NCBI GenBank assembly: GCA_035559535.1
Contig: DATMBG010000025.1
Location: 1 to 64,000, forward strand
Origin: Candidatus Limnocylindrales bacterium
GTDB lineage: Bacteria > Moduliflexota > Moduliflexia > Moduliflexales > JAUQPW01
Direction: 5' to 3'
Length of the DNA stretch: 64,000 nt
Shown: positions 20,107 through 29,365 of the stretch, piece after piece
Layout of the letters: each line of letters opens with the position of its first letter
Position numbering within the stretch: position 1 is the stretch's first letter
Program-made: the position numbers and the translations under genes
Notes under the pieces: generated by a model
Database searches by the model: none
Told to the model about the DNA's origin: nothing
The model's input: only the letters and a program-made list of their open reading frames with translations

Positions 20107-22659
20107 TCAGACTTTTGGAACTTCTACCGTGAGATATCCCTTTACTTTTTTCAACTGTCCTTTTCGGCCATTGATAAAGACCTGTTGCACCTGGGGAGCC
20201 AGAAAGGTTACCGACGCGATACTTTTTGTAGTCCAGAGTTCCAGTCTATCTTCCTGAAATACGAAACTTAAGTCCCACACCGGTTGCGGAGCTTGAAAGA
20301 GGACCAGGTCGTCTATAGAAATGTGGGATCCATTGTGAACACAAACCTCGACCAGATGATTCTGGGTATCTTTTCGGATAAAGAAGAGCTCTCCCTCAAC
20401 GGTAAACTCTTTAAAGGATAACTTCTGAGAACCCTGGTGGGAGAAAACAAAGTAATCGGTTCCTGTCGTCATCTGCAACTCCAATCCGATGGCATTATCT
20501 ACGGAAACTAAAAACTCTCCTTGACGGACTTCACCTTCCCGACCCAGGATGGCCACCTCGGTGGCCGGCGGCTGGGGATAGAGAATGGTGTTAAAACTGG
20601 TAGGTAAAGAAGAGCTACGGCTGTACTTAACCAGCGGAGCTTCCACGGTACTTTTATATCCATTTGTGATCCAGCCATCACCCGGGTTTTCTCCCCCTGC
20701 CTGGAACGTTACATCCATTTTATCTGCGTGAAGGGGAATAATGGCCAGGGTTGGATCATAGAGTTGACCTAACTGAACTTTCTTTTGGGCGAAATCTACA
20801 CCCAGTTTTGTAGGTGAAAAATGAAAATACTGTTCAAAAAGGTGGGTTCCTTCACCGGTCAGGAGATCATGAAGAATCCAGTACTCGGGCTTTTTAAAAA
20901 AGACCATCCGGTGATGTAAAACAGGAGATGAAAGCTTCTGGTAGCCGGTATGAAACCCTCGAACAAAATCAAATCGGCAGGTAGATACCCAGCGATCCAG
21001 CTCAGCCTGGAACCGAACTTTGGAGGATCCTTCAATATCCAGTTCTTTTAAACCCCGGTTGTCGATGAGGATACTGTTATGGGCCATATAATGTCGGAAA
21101 TAACTATTCCATTTACAAAGGGTTTCTTCTGAATAGGGACCGGCATCTACGACATAGGGGATTCCAAAGCTGGACACTTCAAAACTCAAGGCATCGGCAT
21201 GGGTAAGTTGCCGAACTTCCGAGATCGATCCAGAATGGGAACCCCGCATCAGGAAAAAATAGTGACCTTCTCGTCCCCACTCATTCCTCATGACGGCGTA
21301 GCCTGCTTCCATAAGGCCCTTTGAAGTAAAGCCCGGAGTTTTAGCAGGTAATTCCTTGTAGGCCATAGCCCCTTCCTTTCCCAAAAACCAAAGGGCATCT
21401 TCTTGAAAGCCGGCTGCCACAACTTTAAAATCTCCTCGATTTAAAAGAACTGCCCCCACAGCAAGTAGATGGCTAAAGCCGGTTTCCGGCGAAGAGGTGG
21501 AGCGAAATAGGCAGGTTAACTGCTCATCCCCAATCCTGGGAAGTGTACCACAGGGTTTAATTAAAGCCATGAGCCGTTCCAAAGCCCGTTCGGTTAAGCC
21601 GGTTAGTTGAGGAAGTAAATAGAGTCGGTTAGCTTTTCGTGTAACCAACAGAATCAAATAAAGTTCTATGAAGAGAAGAAGTCCACCTAAAGAACTATCT
21701 AAAATCGAGGTTGTAGGAGGAAAATAGGGAGTAAACTCCCCCTGAAGGATTTTGATATTCTCATCCCGCCATTCTTTACTTTTTTTGAATTCGGGAAAAA
21801 GGGCCCCGATTAAGTACAGAACGGTCGTGGCAGCAATAAGTTCTTGTAATTTAGAAGGCGGGGCATATTTCAGATGGGCCTCCAGGGCACAGGCATGAAA
21901 ATAGATATATTGAAGCCAATTCAGATGGAATAAAGGATCCAGATGCTTAAAAGCCACAAAGAAGAAATAACCAAATAACCAGAACAGACAGCGAAGAGAA
22001 ATTTCGAGAAGGTTGGCCCAATTAATTCCCCTGGGAAAAGGATTTTGATGCATCCAACCGACTAGGTGATAAAGAAAGGTTTGAACGTACTTTTCATTAT
22101 CGGTCAGCCAATAGGCTCTCCCTAAATCTAGAAAATGGCGATGTCGGTTGAGTTCCCAGATAAAACGGATATCATCTCCCTGGGCTAAAGCCTCAAAGGT
22201 GTGTAGATCAGGGCAGGAGCCCACATCCCAGACCCTCTGGGATATGGGACTTTGATTCCATTGAATATCTCCTTCAAATTCAATGGGATAATGTTGAAAT
22301 AAAATAAATTGATTGTTGCAAAGCTTCTCGGCAGTATCTAGAGTTCTTTCATAGGCTTCTGGATATTTCTCTTTAATTTCTTCGGCTATTTTATTTTTTT
22401 CCCACCCCTTAAGGAAGAAACAGGGAGATCGCCGCGCTTGCATGTGGTGGAGAAGACTCTTTAGGGCCTTTTCAAGGTCATTTTTCTCCAGGCCTTTTTG
22501 AACCTCTCTAAGTTCAAGTCTGAGGAAATCAAAGCACTTCAGAAAGTTTGGGATGTCCATTTGGGCAAGGCGATTCAATTCGAATTGGAGAAGGTCGGGC
22601 TGGGTCCCCCGAAATTTTTTGATAGCACCGGAAAGGAAAGATTGTAATATTTTCTTCAT
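20107..22659 (-). CDS. heparinase II/III-like protein (alginate lyase-like N-terminal domain plus Hepar_II_III)
   Basis: DIRFIWELNRH, NPFPRGINW, PRIGD, AGYAVMR, HADALSFE, VDAG.Y, AHN, HHR. Confidence 0.85.
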   Translation of the reverse strand: MKKILQSFLSGAIKKFRGTQPDLLQFELNRLAQMDIPNFLKCFDFLRLELREVQKGLEKNDLEKALKSLLHHMQARRSPCFFLKGWEKNKIAEEIKEKYPEAYERTLDTAEKLCNNQFILFQHYPIEFEGDIQWNQSPISQRVWDVGSCPDLHTFEALAQGDDIRFIWELNRHRHFLDLGRAYWLTDNEKYVQTFLYHLVGWMHQNPFPRGINWANLLEISLRCLFWLFGYFFFVAFKHLDPLFHLNWLQYIYFHACALEAHLKYAPPSKLQELIAATTVLYLIGALFPEFKKSKEWRDENIKILQGEFTPYFPPTTSILDSSLGGLLLFIELYLILLVTRKANRLYLLPQLTGLTERALERLMALIKPCGTLPRIGDEQLTCLFRSTSSPETGFSHLLAVGAVLLNRGDFKVVAAGFQEDALWFLGKEGAMAYKELPAKTPGFTSKGLMEAGYAVMRNEWGREGHYFFLMRGSHSGSISEVRQLTHADALSFEVSSFGIPYVVDAGPYSEETLCKWNSYFRHYMAHNSILIDNRGLKELDIEGSSKVRFQAELDRWVSTCRFDFVRGFHTGYQKLSSPVLHHRMVFFKKPEYWILHDLLTGEGTHLFEQYFHFSPTKLGVDFAQKKVQLGQLYDPTLAIIPLHADKMDVTFQAGGENPGDGWITNGYKSTVEAPLVKYSRSSSLPTSFNTILYPQPPATEVAILGREGEVRQGEFLVSVDNAIGLELQMTTGTDYFVFSHQGSQKLSFKEFTVEGELFFIRKDTQNHLVEVCVHNGSHISIDDLVLFQAPQPVWDLSFVFQEDRLELWTTKSIASVTFLAPQVQQVFINGRKGQLKKVKGYLTVEVPKV

Positions 22660-22820
22660 GAAACCTCAGGGAATGCTTTAATTTAAAAAGAATTTTGTTG
22701 ACTTTTTCCTTTAAGCTCAACTTAATTAAGGTATTAAAAAAAGTCAACCCTTTTCCATTGACCGTTTTTCATTTGTTGGATCAGGCTGTGAAGGGCAAAT
22801 AGGAAAAGGTTTATCCTCCC

Positions 22821-23525
22821 ATGGTTTATAACAAAGGGTGTATAAGGATAGGGCTAACCTTCTTGATCAGTCTGTGGGGATTCCTGTTTTATTATGGAGA
22901 AATTTTAAAGGCTCAAGGGGATGAAGTGGAGCAGAAGATTGCGCAATTGAATTCTCCGGAGAAGACCCTTCGTAAAGATGCGGCCAATCAACTGGGTTTT
23001 TTAAAAGATCCGCGGGGGGTAGATCCCCTCATTCAGGTCTTAGAAAAGGATCCAGATAGTGACGTACGTCGCAATGCGGCCAATGCCCTGGGGGCCTTAG
23101 GAGATAAAAGGGCTGTGCAACCCTTGATCCAGGCCCTTACGGACAAAAGTAAAGATGTTTGCCGGGAGGCCGCCCTGGCCCTGGGTAAGTTAAATGATCC
23201 TCAAGCCGTCGAGCCTTTAATAAAGACTTTAAAAAATTCAGATCATTTTATTCGCCTGGCCGCCGTCACGTCTTTAGGCCGTTTAAAGGATGAGAGGGCT
23301 ATAGAACCTCTGATTGGTATGCTCAGCGATAAGGATCCTTTTATTCGGGAGAAGGCGGCTCTGGCTTTAGGGGAGTTTGGAGATGAGAGGGCCCTGGATT
23401 CACTAGACCGATTGGTTCAAAACGATCCCGAAAAATCTGTCCGGCAGGTGGCCGGTAAAGCACTTGAAAAGATTAAAAAACGGGTTCCATCTCCACAACT
23501 CAAAAAGCAACAAACCTCGCCATAA
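22821..23525 (+). CDS. exported HEAT-repeat (PBS lyase-like) protein
   Basis: N-terminal hydrophobic signal; repeats of R..AA.ALG.L.D.RAV.PLI..L.D. Confidence 0.9.
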   Translation: MVYNKGCIRIGLTFLISLWGFLFYYGEILKAQGDEVEQKIAQLNSPEKTLRKDAANQLGFLKDPRGVDPLIQVLEKDPDSDVRRNAANALGALGDKRAVQPLIQALTDKSKDVCREAALALGKLNDPQAVEPLIKTLKNSDHFIRLAAVTSLGRLKDERAIEPLIGMLSDKDPFIREKAALALGEFGDERALDSLDRLVQNDPEKSVRQVAGKALEKIKKRVPSPQLKKQQTSP

Positions 23526-23683
23526 AGATTTATGGCGACCTCTTCCACCAAACTGGGAGCAGATATCGGAAGTGTTCAAAGGAATGGGCTTTTTCCCTCT
23601 TTATAAACCTTTGAGGCAGGCCAAGGAGTATTTTTAAAAATTCATCAAGGAGTGGGTTTCTCCCTTTTGCCTTTTTATAAATC

Positions 23684-24304
23684 CTATTTCCCAGAAATGG
23701 GGATATATCTTAACCCTCCTGTAATATCGAGAATTTCCTCATCAATATCCCCCTGGATAGAATGGAGAAGGACTTCCAGGGTCAAGGAGACATTTTTGTT
23801 TAAAAAGTATTCAAAGCCTCCCCCCACATTAAATCCAAAATCGTTACTCTGAATAGTTCTGGTTGTATCTGCGATTCCAGGGGTAATGAGTGTTACAATT
23901 TCTTTATGTCCGTTGTAGACTCCTGCACCTCCCAGGATATAAGGAACAAAACCTCCTATGGAAACCAACCGGGCTCGAATTCCTCCGGTTACATAGGCCT
24001 CATCAAATCGGGTTGGTTCGGTAGTGGAGAAAGTCCCACTTCCTAAGGTGATATTTTCATCGAATTGGATATATCCTCCGAAGAGGGTGAGGGATAAGTG
24101 AGGTGCAAAGGTATACTCTCCGTAAGCCCGAAGGCTGAATCCCGTTCCCAGGCCGTTATCATTGTTTGTAAATCTGGCAAACCCCACATCGACTCCACCG
24201 GATAAATGATTTCCAAAAAGATTTTGAGCGTAAATTGAGGTGGGAAAGAAAAAGAATAAAATAAAAATCGGGAGGGCTTTGGGTAAGTAGTTAAGTTTTA
24301 TCAT
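23684..24304 (-). CDS. outer membrane beta-barrel protein (OmpA-TM/OmpW-like)
   Basis: Signal peptide, alternating beta strands, PYILGGAG, FGFNVGGGFEYF. Confidence 0.8.
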   Translation of the reverse strand: MIKLNYLPKALPIFILFFFFPTSIYAQNLFGNHLSGGVDVGFARFTNNDNGLGTGFSLRAYGEYTFAPHLSLTLFGGYIQFDENITLGSGTFSTTEPTRFDEAYVTGGIRARLVSIGGFVPYILGGAGVYNGHKEIVTLITPGIADTTRTIQSNDFGFNVGGGFEYFLNKNVSLTLEVLLHSIQGDIDEEILDITGGLRYIPISGK

Positions 24305-24393
24305 GGCAAGTTCTCCTGTAGGTAAAGGGGTGACGCGACTGACTCCCCACGACGGCTACCCACTACATACTTCCTGTGCGATAAGGGGAGATT

Positions 24394-24842
24394 GGAAGAG
24401 CTTTAAGTAGGCCTGTAAGCCGGGTTCTGTTCCCTTGCGGGCGATAATCATTCATCTAGGATGCCAGTTACCTGGCACCTCCAGCGGCCTACCCGGGAGT
24501 TTAGGACGGGACTCTCCTGATACACTCCCCTATTTGGCCTTGCTCCAGGTGGTGTTTGCCTAGCCATCTGTGTCACCACAGATGCTGGTGGGCTCTTACA
24601 TTAAGGGCTTGCGCCCCCCACCGTTTCACCCATCACCGGCGAGAACCTCCCCTCTGAAGTCCCTCTCCCAGGAGGAAAAGGGCTGGAAGTGAGGTTATCG
24701 CTTAGGCTGGTCTGCTCTCTGTTGCACTTGACGTCGGATCACTCCGCCTGGGTGTTACCCAGCACCTTGTCCCTGAGGAGCCCGGACTTTCCTCTCGTGC
24801 CTCGAAGGCACCAGCGATTATCCGGCCTGCTTAAAGCTCTCC
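24394..24842 (-). ncRNA. rnpB: RNase P RNA, bacterial type A
   Basis: Minus strand shows gaggaaagtccgggctc, agtgcaacagagagcagacc, gggtgaaacggtgg, gtaagagcccacc, ggagcaaggccaa and acagaacccggctta; long P1 pairing ggagagctttaagcaggcc/ggcctacttaaagctcttcc. Confidence 0.97.
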
Positions 24843-24861
24843 AAAACTAATCCCCGTTTTC

Positions 24862-24890
24862 AATCTAGCCGTTAACCCTGAATTTGTCAA
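24862..24890 (-). promoter_or_regulatory. sigma-70 promoter of rnpB
   Basis: TTGACA-17 nt-TAGATT on the minus strand just upstream of P1. Confidence 0.75.
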
Positions 24891-25082
24891 GAGAAAAACC
24901 GCACATAGAAAGGGTTTACAGAAATCTTCGTAAATTTTATGCCTCCCCTGAAATTTTCCTTATTTTTGTTTACGCATGAATAAAAAAACCGTAAAATAAT
25001 AAGATTAGAAACGACTTTAACGAATCTCGAAAAATCTCAACCTGACGAAATCTTTTTAGAAAAATAAAGCGGAGGACCTTCC

Positions 25083-26918
25083 TTGATCTTTTCTCCCCGG
25101 TATTTTTCCGTTGAAAAAGAATTCCCTTTGGCTATGGAACAGGTCTGGGATCTTTTGAGCAACACCGAACACCTCAACCGGACCCTCGGTCTACCTGCCA
25201 TAAATTATAGTCCCCCCACCGGAGCAAAGGAAGGCTTTTATCGAAAGGCCTCAACTCAACTCCTCAAGACCTTTTCCCTTACCTGGAAAGAGTATCCCTT
25301 TGAGTGGATTTATCCGGAGCGGTATACCGTATTACGCCTTTTTGAGGGAGGGTTTCTGGAGCGATTTTTTGGTGGTATCGAACTTCAGAGGAAAACCTGG
25401 GGAACCCGGGTACGGATTTTCACCCATTTAACTCCTCGAAACCTTTTAGGATGGCTACTTGTTCCTTTAATAGGTCGCAAAGGAGTCCGCGATACCCTGA
25501 ATTACTGTCAGACCTTCCTCCCACTCACTCCATCTAAGGCCGGGGATCCTTTTCCTCGACCTAAGAGGCGGAATCCGATTCCTTCCAACTCTTTTAATAA
25601 TTTGTTTACCAAATTAGCCAACTTGCCTGTAGATAAATCCCTCATTCCTCGATTAAGATACCTTCTCCTCCAAGGGAGTGAGGAGGAAATCGTTCACATG
25701 AAACCTTTTGCCCTCGCCAAGGCTTGGAAAGCAGATCGCTACGAAGTTCTCCGTCTTTTCCTTTATGCCACAAAAATAGGCCTTCTGAACCTGAGCTGGG
25801 AGCTTATGTGCCCGTATTGCCGGGTCATCAAAGCAGAATATGAAACCCTGACAGAACTGTCCAGTCGATTCCACTGTGATGCCTGTGGGATTGACTATGA
25901 AGCTAATTTTGACCAATACGTCGAACTCAGGTTTTCGGTCCATCCCCGGGTTCGTAGGGCGGACTATCAAATCCACTGTATCGGAGGACCCGCCCATACC
26001 CCCCACGTCCTTGCCCAACAATATCTTCCACCGGATACAGGGCGTGAGCTTTTCTTGACCCTTGGTGAAGAAGATCTTCGGGTCCGGGCATTCCGATATA
26101 ATCAAATCGTTATGCTGAAGCCATCTCCAGAAAAAATTGAAACGCTAGATCTCCTCTATGGCGAAGAGGGTTGGCAGACCTCTTCTTTAACTTATCGCCC
26201 AGGTCCTGTCCGAATACGCCTCTGGAACAAAAGCTCAAAGGTTCTTCTGGCCCTTTTAGAAAAAGTACAATGGGATCCCTATGCCGTCCCGGCGGCTTAT
26301 GTGACCACACTTCAAGAATTCCGAAGTCTTTTTAGCTCGGAAGTGCTTGCCCCGGATCAACAAATCGGTATTGAGAACCTTTCTGTCTTCTTTACCGATC
26401 TAAAAGGTTCCACGTCCCTCTATGAAGAGGTTGGAGAAACTTCTGCCTTCAATCGGGTTCGTACCCATTTTCAATTCCTTACCCAACGGATTAAGCGCCA
26501 TGAGGGAGCTATTGTAAAAACCATTGGGGATGCGGTAATGGCTGTTTTTTCTTTACCTGAACGGGCCGTCCAGGCGGCCTTAGAAATTCAATCGGAAATT
26601 GAAGAATTTAACCGATCCTTGGCCCTTGATCCGCCACTGATTATTAAAATTGGAATCCACCACGGTCCTGCTATCGCAGTCAATGCAAACGATCGCCTGG
26701 ATTACTTCGGCAGAACCGTAAATATCGCAGCACGAGTTCAACGGGAAAGTCGGGGAGGGGATGTCGTTCTGACCCAAGAACTCTTCCAGGACCCCCGGGT
26801 TCAGAAAGTCTTAAAAGATTTTCAAATTAAAGTCGATCCCTTCCAAACTGCGTTGAAAGGGATTGAAGGTACCTTTACCCTTTACCGTCTCTATTTATCT
26901 CGCCCGCAGGTCCTATAA
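25083..26918 (+). CDS. class III adenylate/guanylate cyclase with SRPBCC-like N-terminus and DUF5939-type Zn-ribbon region
   Basis: FTDLKGST, VKTIGDAVMA, DYFGRTVNIAAR; CPYC..CDAC; N-terminal QVWDLLSNTEHLNR. Confidence 0.9.
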   Translation: MIFSPRYFSVEKEFPLAMEQVWDLLSNTEHLNRTLGLPAINYSPPTGAKEGFYRKASTQLLKTFSLTWKEYPFEWIYPERYTVLRLFEGGFLERFFGGIELQRKTWGTRVRIFTHLTPRNLLGWLLVPLIGRKGVRDTLNYCQTFLPLTPSKAGDPFPRPKRRNPIPSNSFNNLFTKLANLPVDKSLIPRLRYLLLQGSEEEIVHMKPFALAKAWKADRYEVLRLFLYATKIGLLNLSWELMCPYCRVIKAEYETLTELSSRFHCDACGIDYEANFDQYVELRFSVHPRVRRADYQIHCIGGPAHTPHVLAQQYLPPDTGRELFLTLGEEDLRVRAFRYNQIVMLKPSPEKIETLDLLYGEEGWQTSSLTYRPGPVRIRLWNKSSKVLLALLEKVQWDPYAVPAAYVTTLQEFRSLFSSEVLAPDQQIGIENLSVFFTDLKGSTSLYEEVGETSAFNRVRTHFQFLTQRIKRHEGAIVKTIGDAVMAVFSLPERAVQAALEIQSEIEEFNRSLALDPPLIIKIGIHHGPAIAVNANDRLDYFGRTVNIAARVQRESRGGDVVLTQELFQDPRVQKVLKDFQIKVDPFQTALKGIEGTFTLYRLYLSRPQVL

Positions 26919-27326
26919 GTTTTTTAATTCAGGGGTTTTATTTAACCCTTCTCTGTCTTCCCTTAAAAACTTATCGGCAAGGTCTCTTTTAACCCTCTAT
27001 GGGGGATTTTTCTTTTTACCTGAATTGGATAGCCTCTGTTGTGTCCTGACCTTCCAAAACGTATCGTCCTCCTCTTTATGATTAAACCAATAGGTCCCAT
27101 AAGACCGAAATCCCATTTAGTGAAAACAACCCGTATTATTGGAGAATCAAGGGTTGGCATGGTAAATGCTTACTCAAGTAATGAATTCATTAACCTGGAA
27201 GAATCCCTGTTTAGGTTATTCTTTTCCACTGGTTGATAGGAGTATTAGGTAATAGAGGGAATAAATCAAGTACCCTGCTGGAATAGATTTACAACAAGAT
27301 AAAAGAGAGAGAGGAGGTGAGGGGAG

Positions 27327-27494
27327 ATGTTATCATGGGCACTTACTTTCTTAATTATAGCCATTATTGCCGGGGTCCTGGGTTTTGGTGGGATTGCAGG
27401 CACCGCGACAGAGATTGCAAAGGTACTGTTTTTCGTCTTTCTAATTTTATTTATTATATCCCTGATCACGGGCCGAAGAACTCCAGGTGTTTAA
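27327..27494 (+). CDS. DUF1328/UPF0391 small membrane protein (55 aa, absent from ORF track)
   Basis: Own translation [55 protein letters not shown]; ggaggtga RBS. Confidence 0.92.
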   Translation: MLSWALTFLIIAIIAGVLGFGGIAGTATEIAKVLFFVFLILFIISLITGRRTPGV

Positions 27495-27564
27495 CCGAAT
27501 CGGAACCCAAACTCTGTACTTTTACGTTTTTTCCATAAATCAGGGATTTTGTTTATCCATGAAA

Positions 27565-27824
27565 AGTGTAGAAGTAGGGGGTGTGGGATGTGGGGGTATG
27601 GGGGTATGGAGGTATGGGAGTGGGGGATATGTACATGTAGAGTAGAAGTGTGAAGGCAGGATTTTTTTGTAGTTAACGTCGCGTTAGCTGTTTATGAGAT
27701 AAAAGAAGATAGGGAGGTAATGAGTACATTTATACTCTTACACTTCCACTCCCATACTCCCATACCCCCATACTCCCATATTCCCATACCCCCATACTCC
27801 CATACCCCCATACTTTCCCACTTC
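27565..27824. repeat. inverted pair of 8-bp tandem-repeat tracts (gggtatgg / cccatac[t/c])
   Basis: G-rich tract at about 27575-27630 and complementary C-rich tract at about 27745-27820 between convergent genes. Confidence 0.8.
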
Positions 27825-27839
27825 TGCGGGGTCAGAGTC

Positions 27840-28442
27840 CTATTCCTGCTTGAGAATTCTTCCATCTCTCAGGATAATCCCTTCAACGGTATTTCCTTTT
27901 CCGGTTCCATCCTGGGTATGAAAAATCACATCGTATACTTCTGCAATTCGAAGTTCACCGTAGAAAAAGATGACCCCGACCCGAACACTGAACTGGATGG
28001 CTTCACCTTCTTTAAAGAAAGGGGAAGGAATTGAACTCTGAACAAAGAAAATATAGGGACTTGAAATCTCACACAGGTGAGGCATTGAATCCACACGATC
28101 AGAGGTATAGGTTTTGAAGTGTTCTCGCCAGGCCTCCGAAGTGATATTTTTTGTACTTCGGAATTCCTGGGTATAAAGGGTCAATTTTTCATAGACTGGA
28201 GGACCGATCTCAGGATTTACAGTTCGAAGATCCGCATATCTGAAAGTAATACGATCCTTTCTGGCTATCTCTCCAAGGAAGGAAGCGGCCCCTCTTACCA
28301 GAACTTGATCCCCTGCCCTCGTTCCCTGAACCGGGCTGGGAAGTACAACTTCACATGTGGGTTCACCCCTTACCGTTAAGGAACTTCCCATGATTAATGA
28401 AAAAAACATGTAAACCATTCCAAGGATACTTTTTTTTATCAT
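27840..28442 (-). CDS. hypothetical exported protein
   Basis: 200-aa ORF with signal-like N-terminus and ggagagg RBS; no family recognised. Confidence 0.65.
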   Translation of the reverse strand: MIKKSILGMVYMFFSLIMGSSLTVRGEPTCEVVLPSPVQGTRAGDQVLVRGAASFLGEIARKDRITFRYADLRTVNPEIGPPVYEKLTLYTQEFRSTKNITSEAWREHFKTYTSDRVDSMPHLCEISSPYIFFVQSSIPSPFFKEGEAIQFSVRVGVIFFYGELRIAEVYDVIFHTQDGTGKGNTVEGIILRDGRILKQE

Positions 28443-28725
28443 AATCTATTTCCTCTCCAGAGAACAAAGGCGGATCAAGGCATCTTACCCGTATCCTGGA
28501 GCACAGATCTCTGACCCCTTATATTTGCAGGGGAAACGTTTGCACTCCCAAAAGTCGGAATTCCCTCATAGCTTTAACGATAGGCGTTATTTTTAACGTG
28601 AATAAAAGTTAACAGAATTTATAGATTTTGCAAGCCTTGTTTTCAAAACAAGGACTTTGTAAAATTAAATTATCAGGGGTGTTTAATAAAGAACTTTTTT
28701 TGATTTTTAAAAGAGGAATCTCAAA

Positions 28726-29100
28726 TTGAAAGTCAGGCCGTTAGTATGGATTATCAGCAATCAACATTGGCCACGGGTATACTTACGAGCTGAGTTGATT
28801 GAGCGTGGATTCGATGCAATTGGGTATGAGGAGATTTCTACCGCGCTTCGATGGCTTCGCTATCCAAGGACTCCAAAACCTCAGATTATCGTCTTGGAGT
28901 TACGTGGGCAGTCCCTGACTCCCAGGGAGTTAGAAAGACTTAAACAGTTGGGTATTCCAGTTATTGCCCTGGGTGGTGCTCTGGAGTTGAACGCGCCTTT
29001 AATTAAAGGATTTGAATGGGCCGCCATCCTGAAACGTCCTTTCAGGATCGGGGATGTGGTGGATTTGATTGAGCGGTTGATAGAAAAAGTTGAAGATTAA
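28726..29100 (+). CDS. receiver-like (CheY-fold) protein lacking the phospho-Asp
   Basis: PQIIVLEL (E in place of D), IPVIALGG, ILKRPF. Confidence 0.6.
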   Translation: MKVRPLVWIISNQHWPRVYLRAELIERGFDAIGYEEISTALRWLRYPRTPKPQIIVLELRGQSLTPRELERLKQLGIPVIALGGALELNAPLIKGFEWAAILKRPFRIGDVVDLIERLIEKVED

Positions 29101-29194
29101 ACTTTGGAATAAAAAGAAAAGTGTCCCTTTAACGGCCAGGTTTGATAATATCTTATGCTAAAGTATTATTTATTGATATTATTTAGAATGGGTA

Positions 29195-29223
29195 TTGACA
29201 AAATAATTTATATTCCATATATT
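29195..29223 (+). promoter_or_regulatory. sigma-70 promoter
   Basis: TTGACA-17 nt-TATATT upstream of the sigma factor gene. Confidence 0.7.
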
Positions 29224-29365
29224 AATATTCTACATCCCTAGATTTTAAAGGGCGAGGATTCTAATTCCTCGCCTTCATTTTGTGCCACATATCTATCACA
29301 TATTTAACCAAATCATCAGGAAAGGAGGCGTAGGATACAAAATATCCTTAAAGGAAAGGAGAGTT

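Noticed and set aside
26963-27236. Short ORFs between the cyclase and the DUF1328 gene
   Set aside because: Overlapping 65-72 aa ORFs on both strands with no motifs or convincing start signals.
27565-27824. CRISPR array
   Set aside because: Units are 8 bp with no unique spacers, and there are no cas genes in the window.
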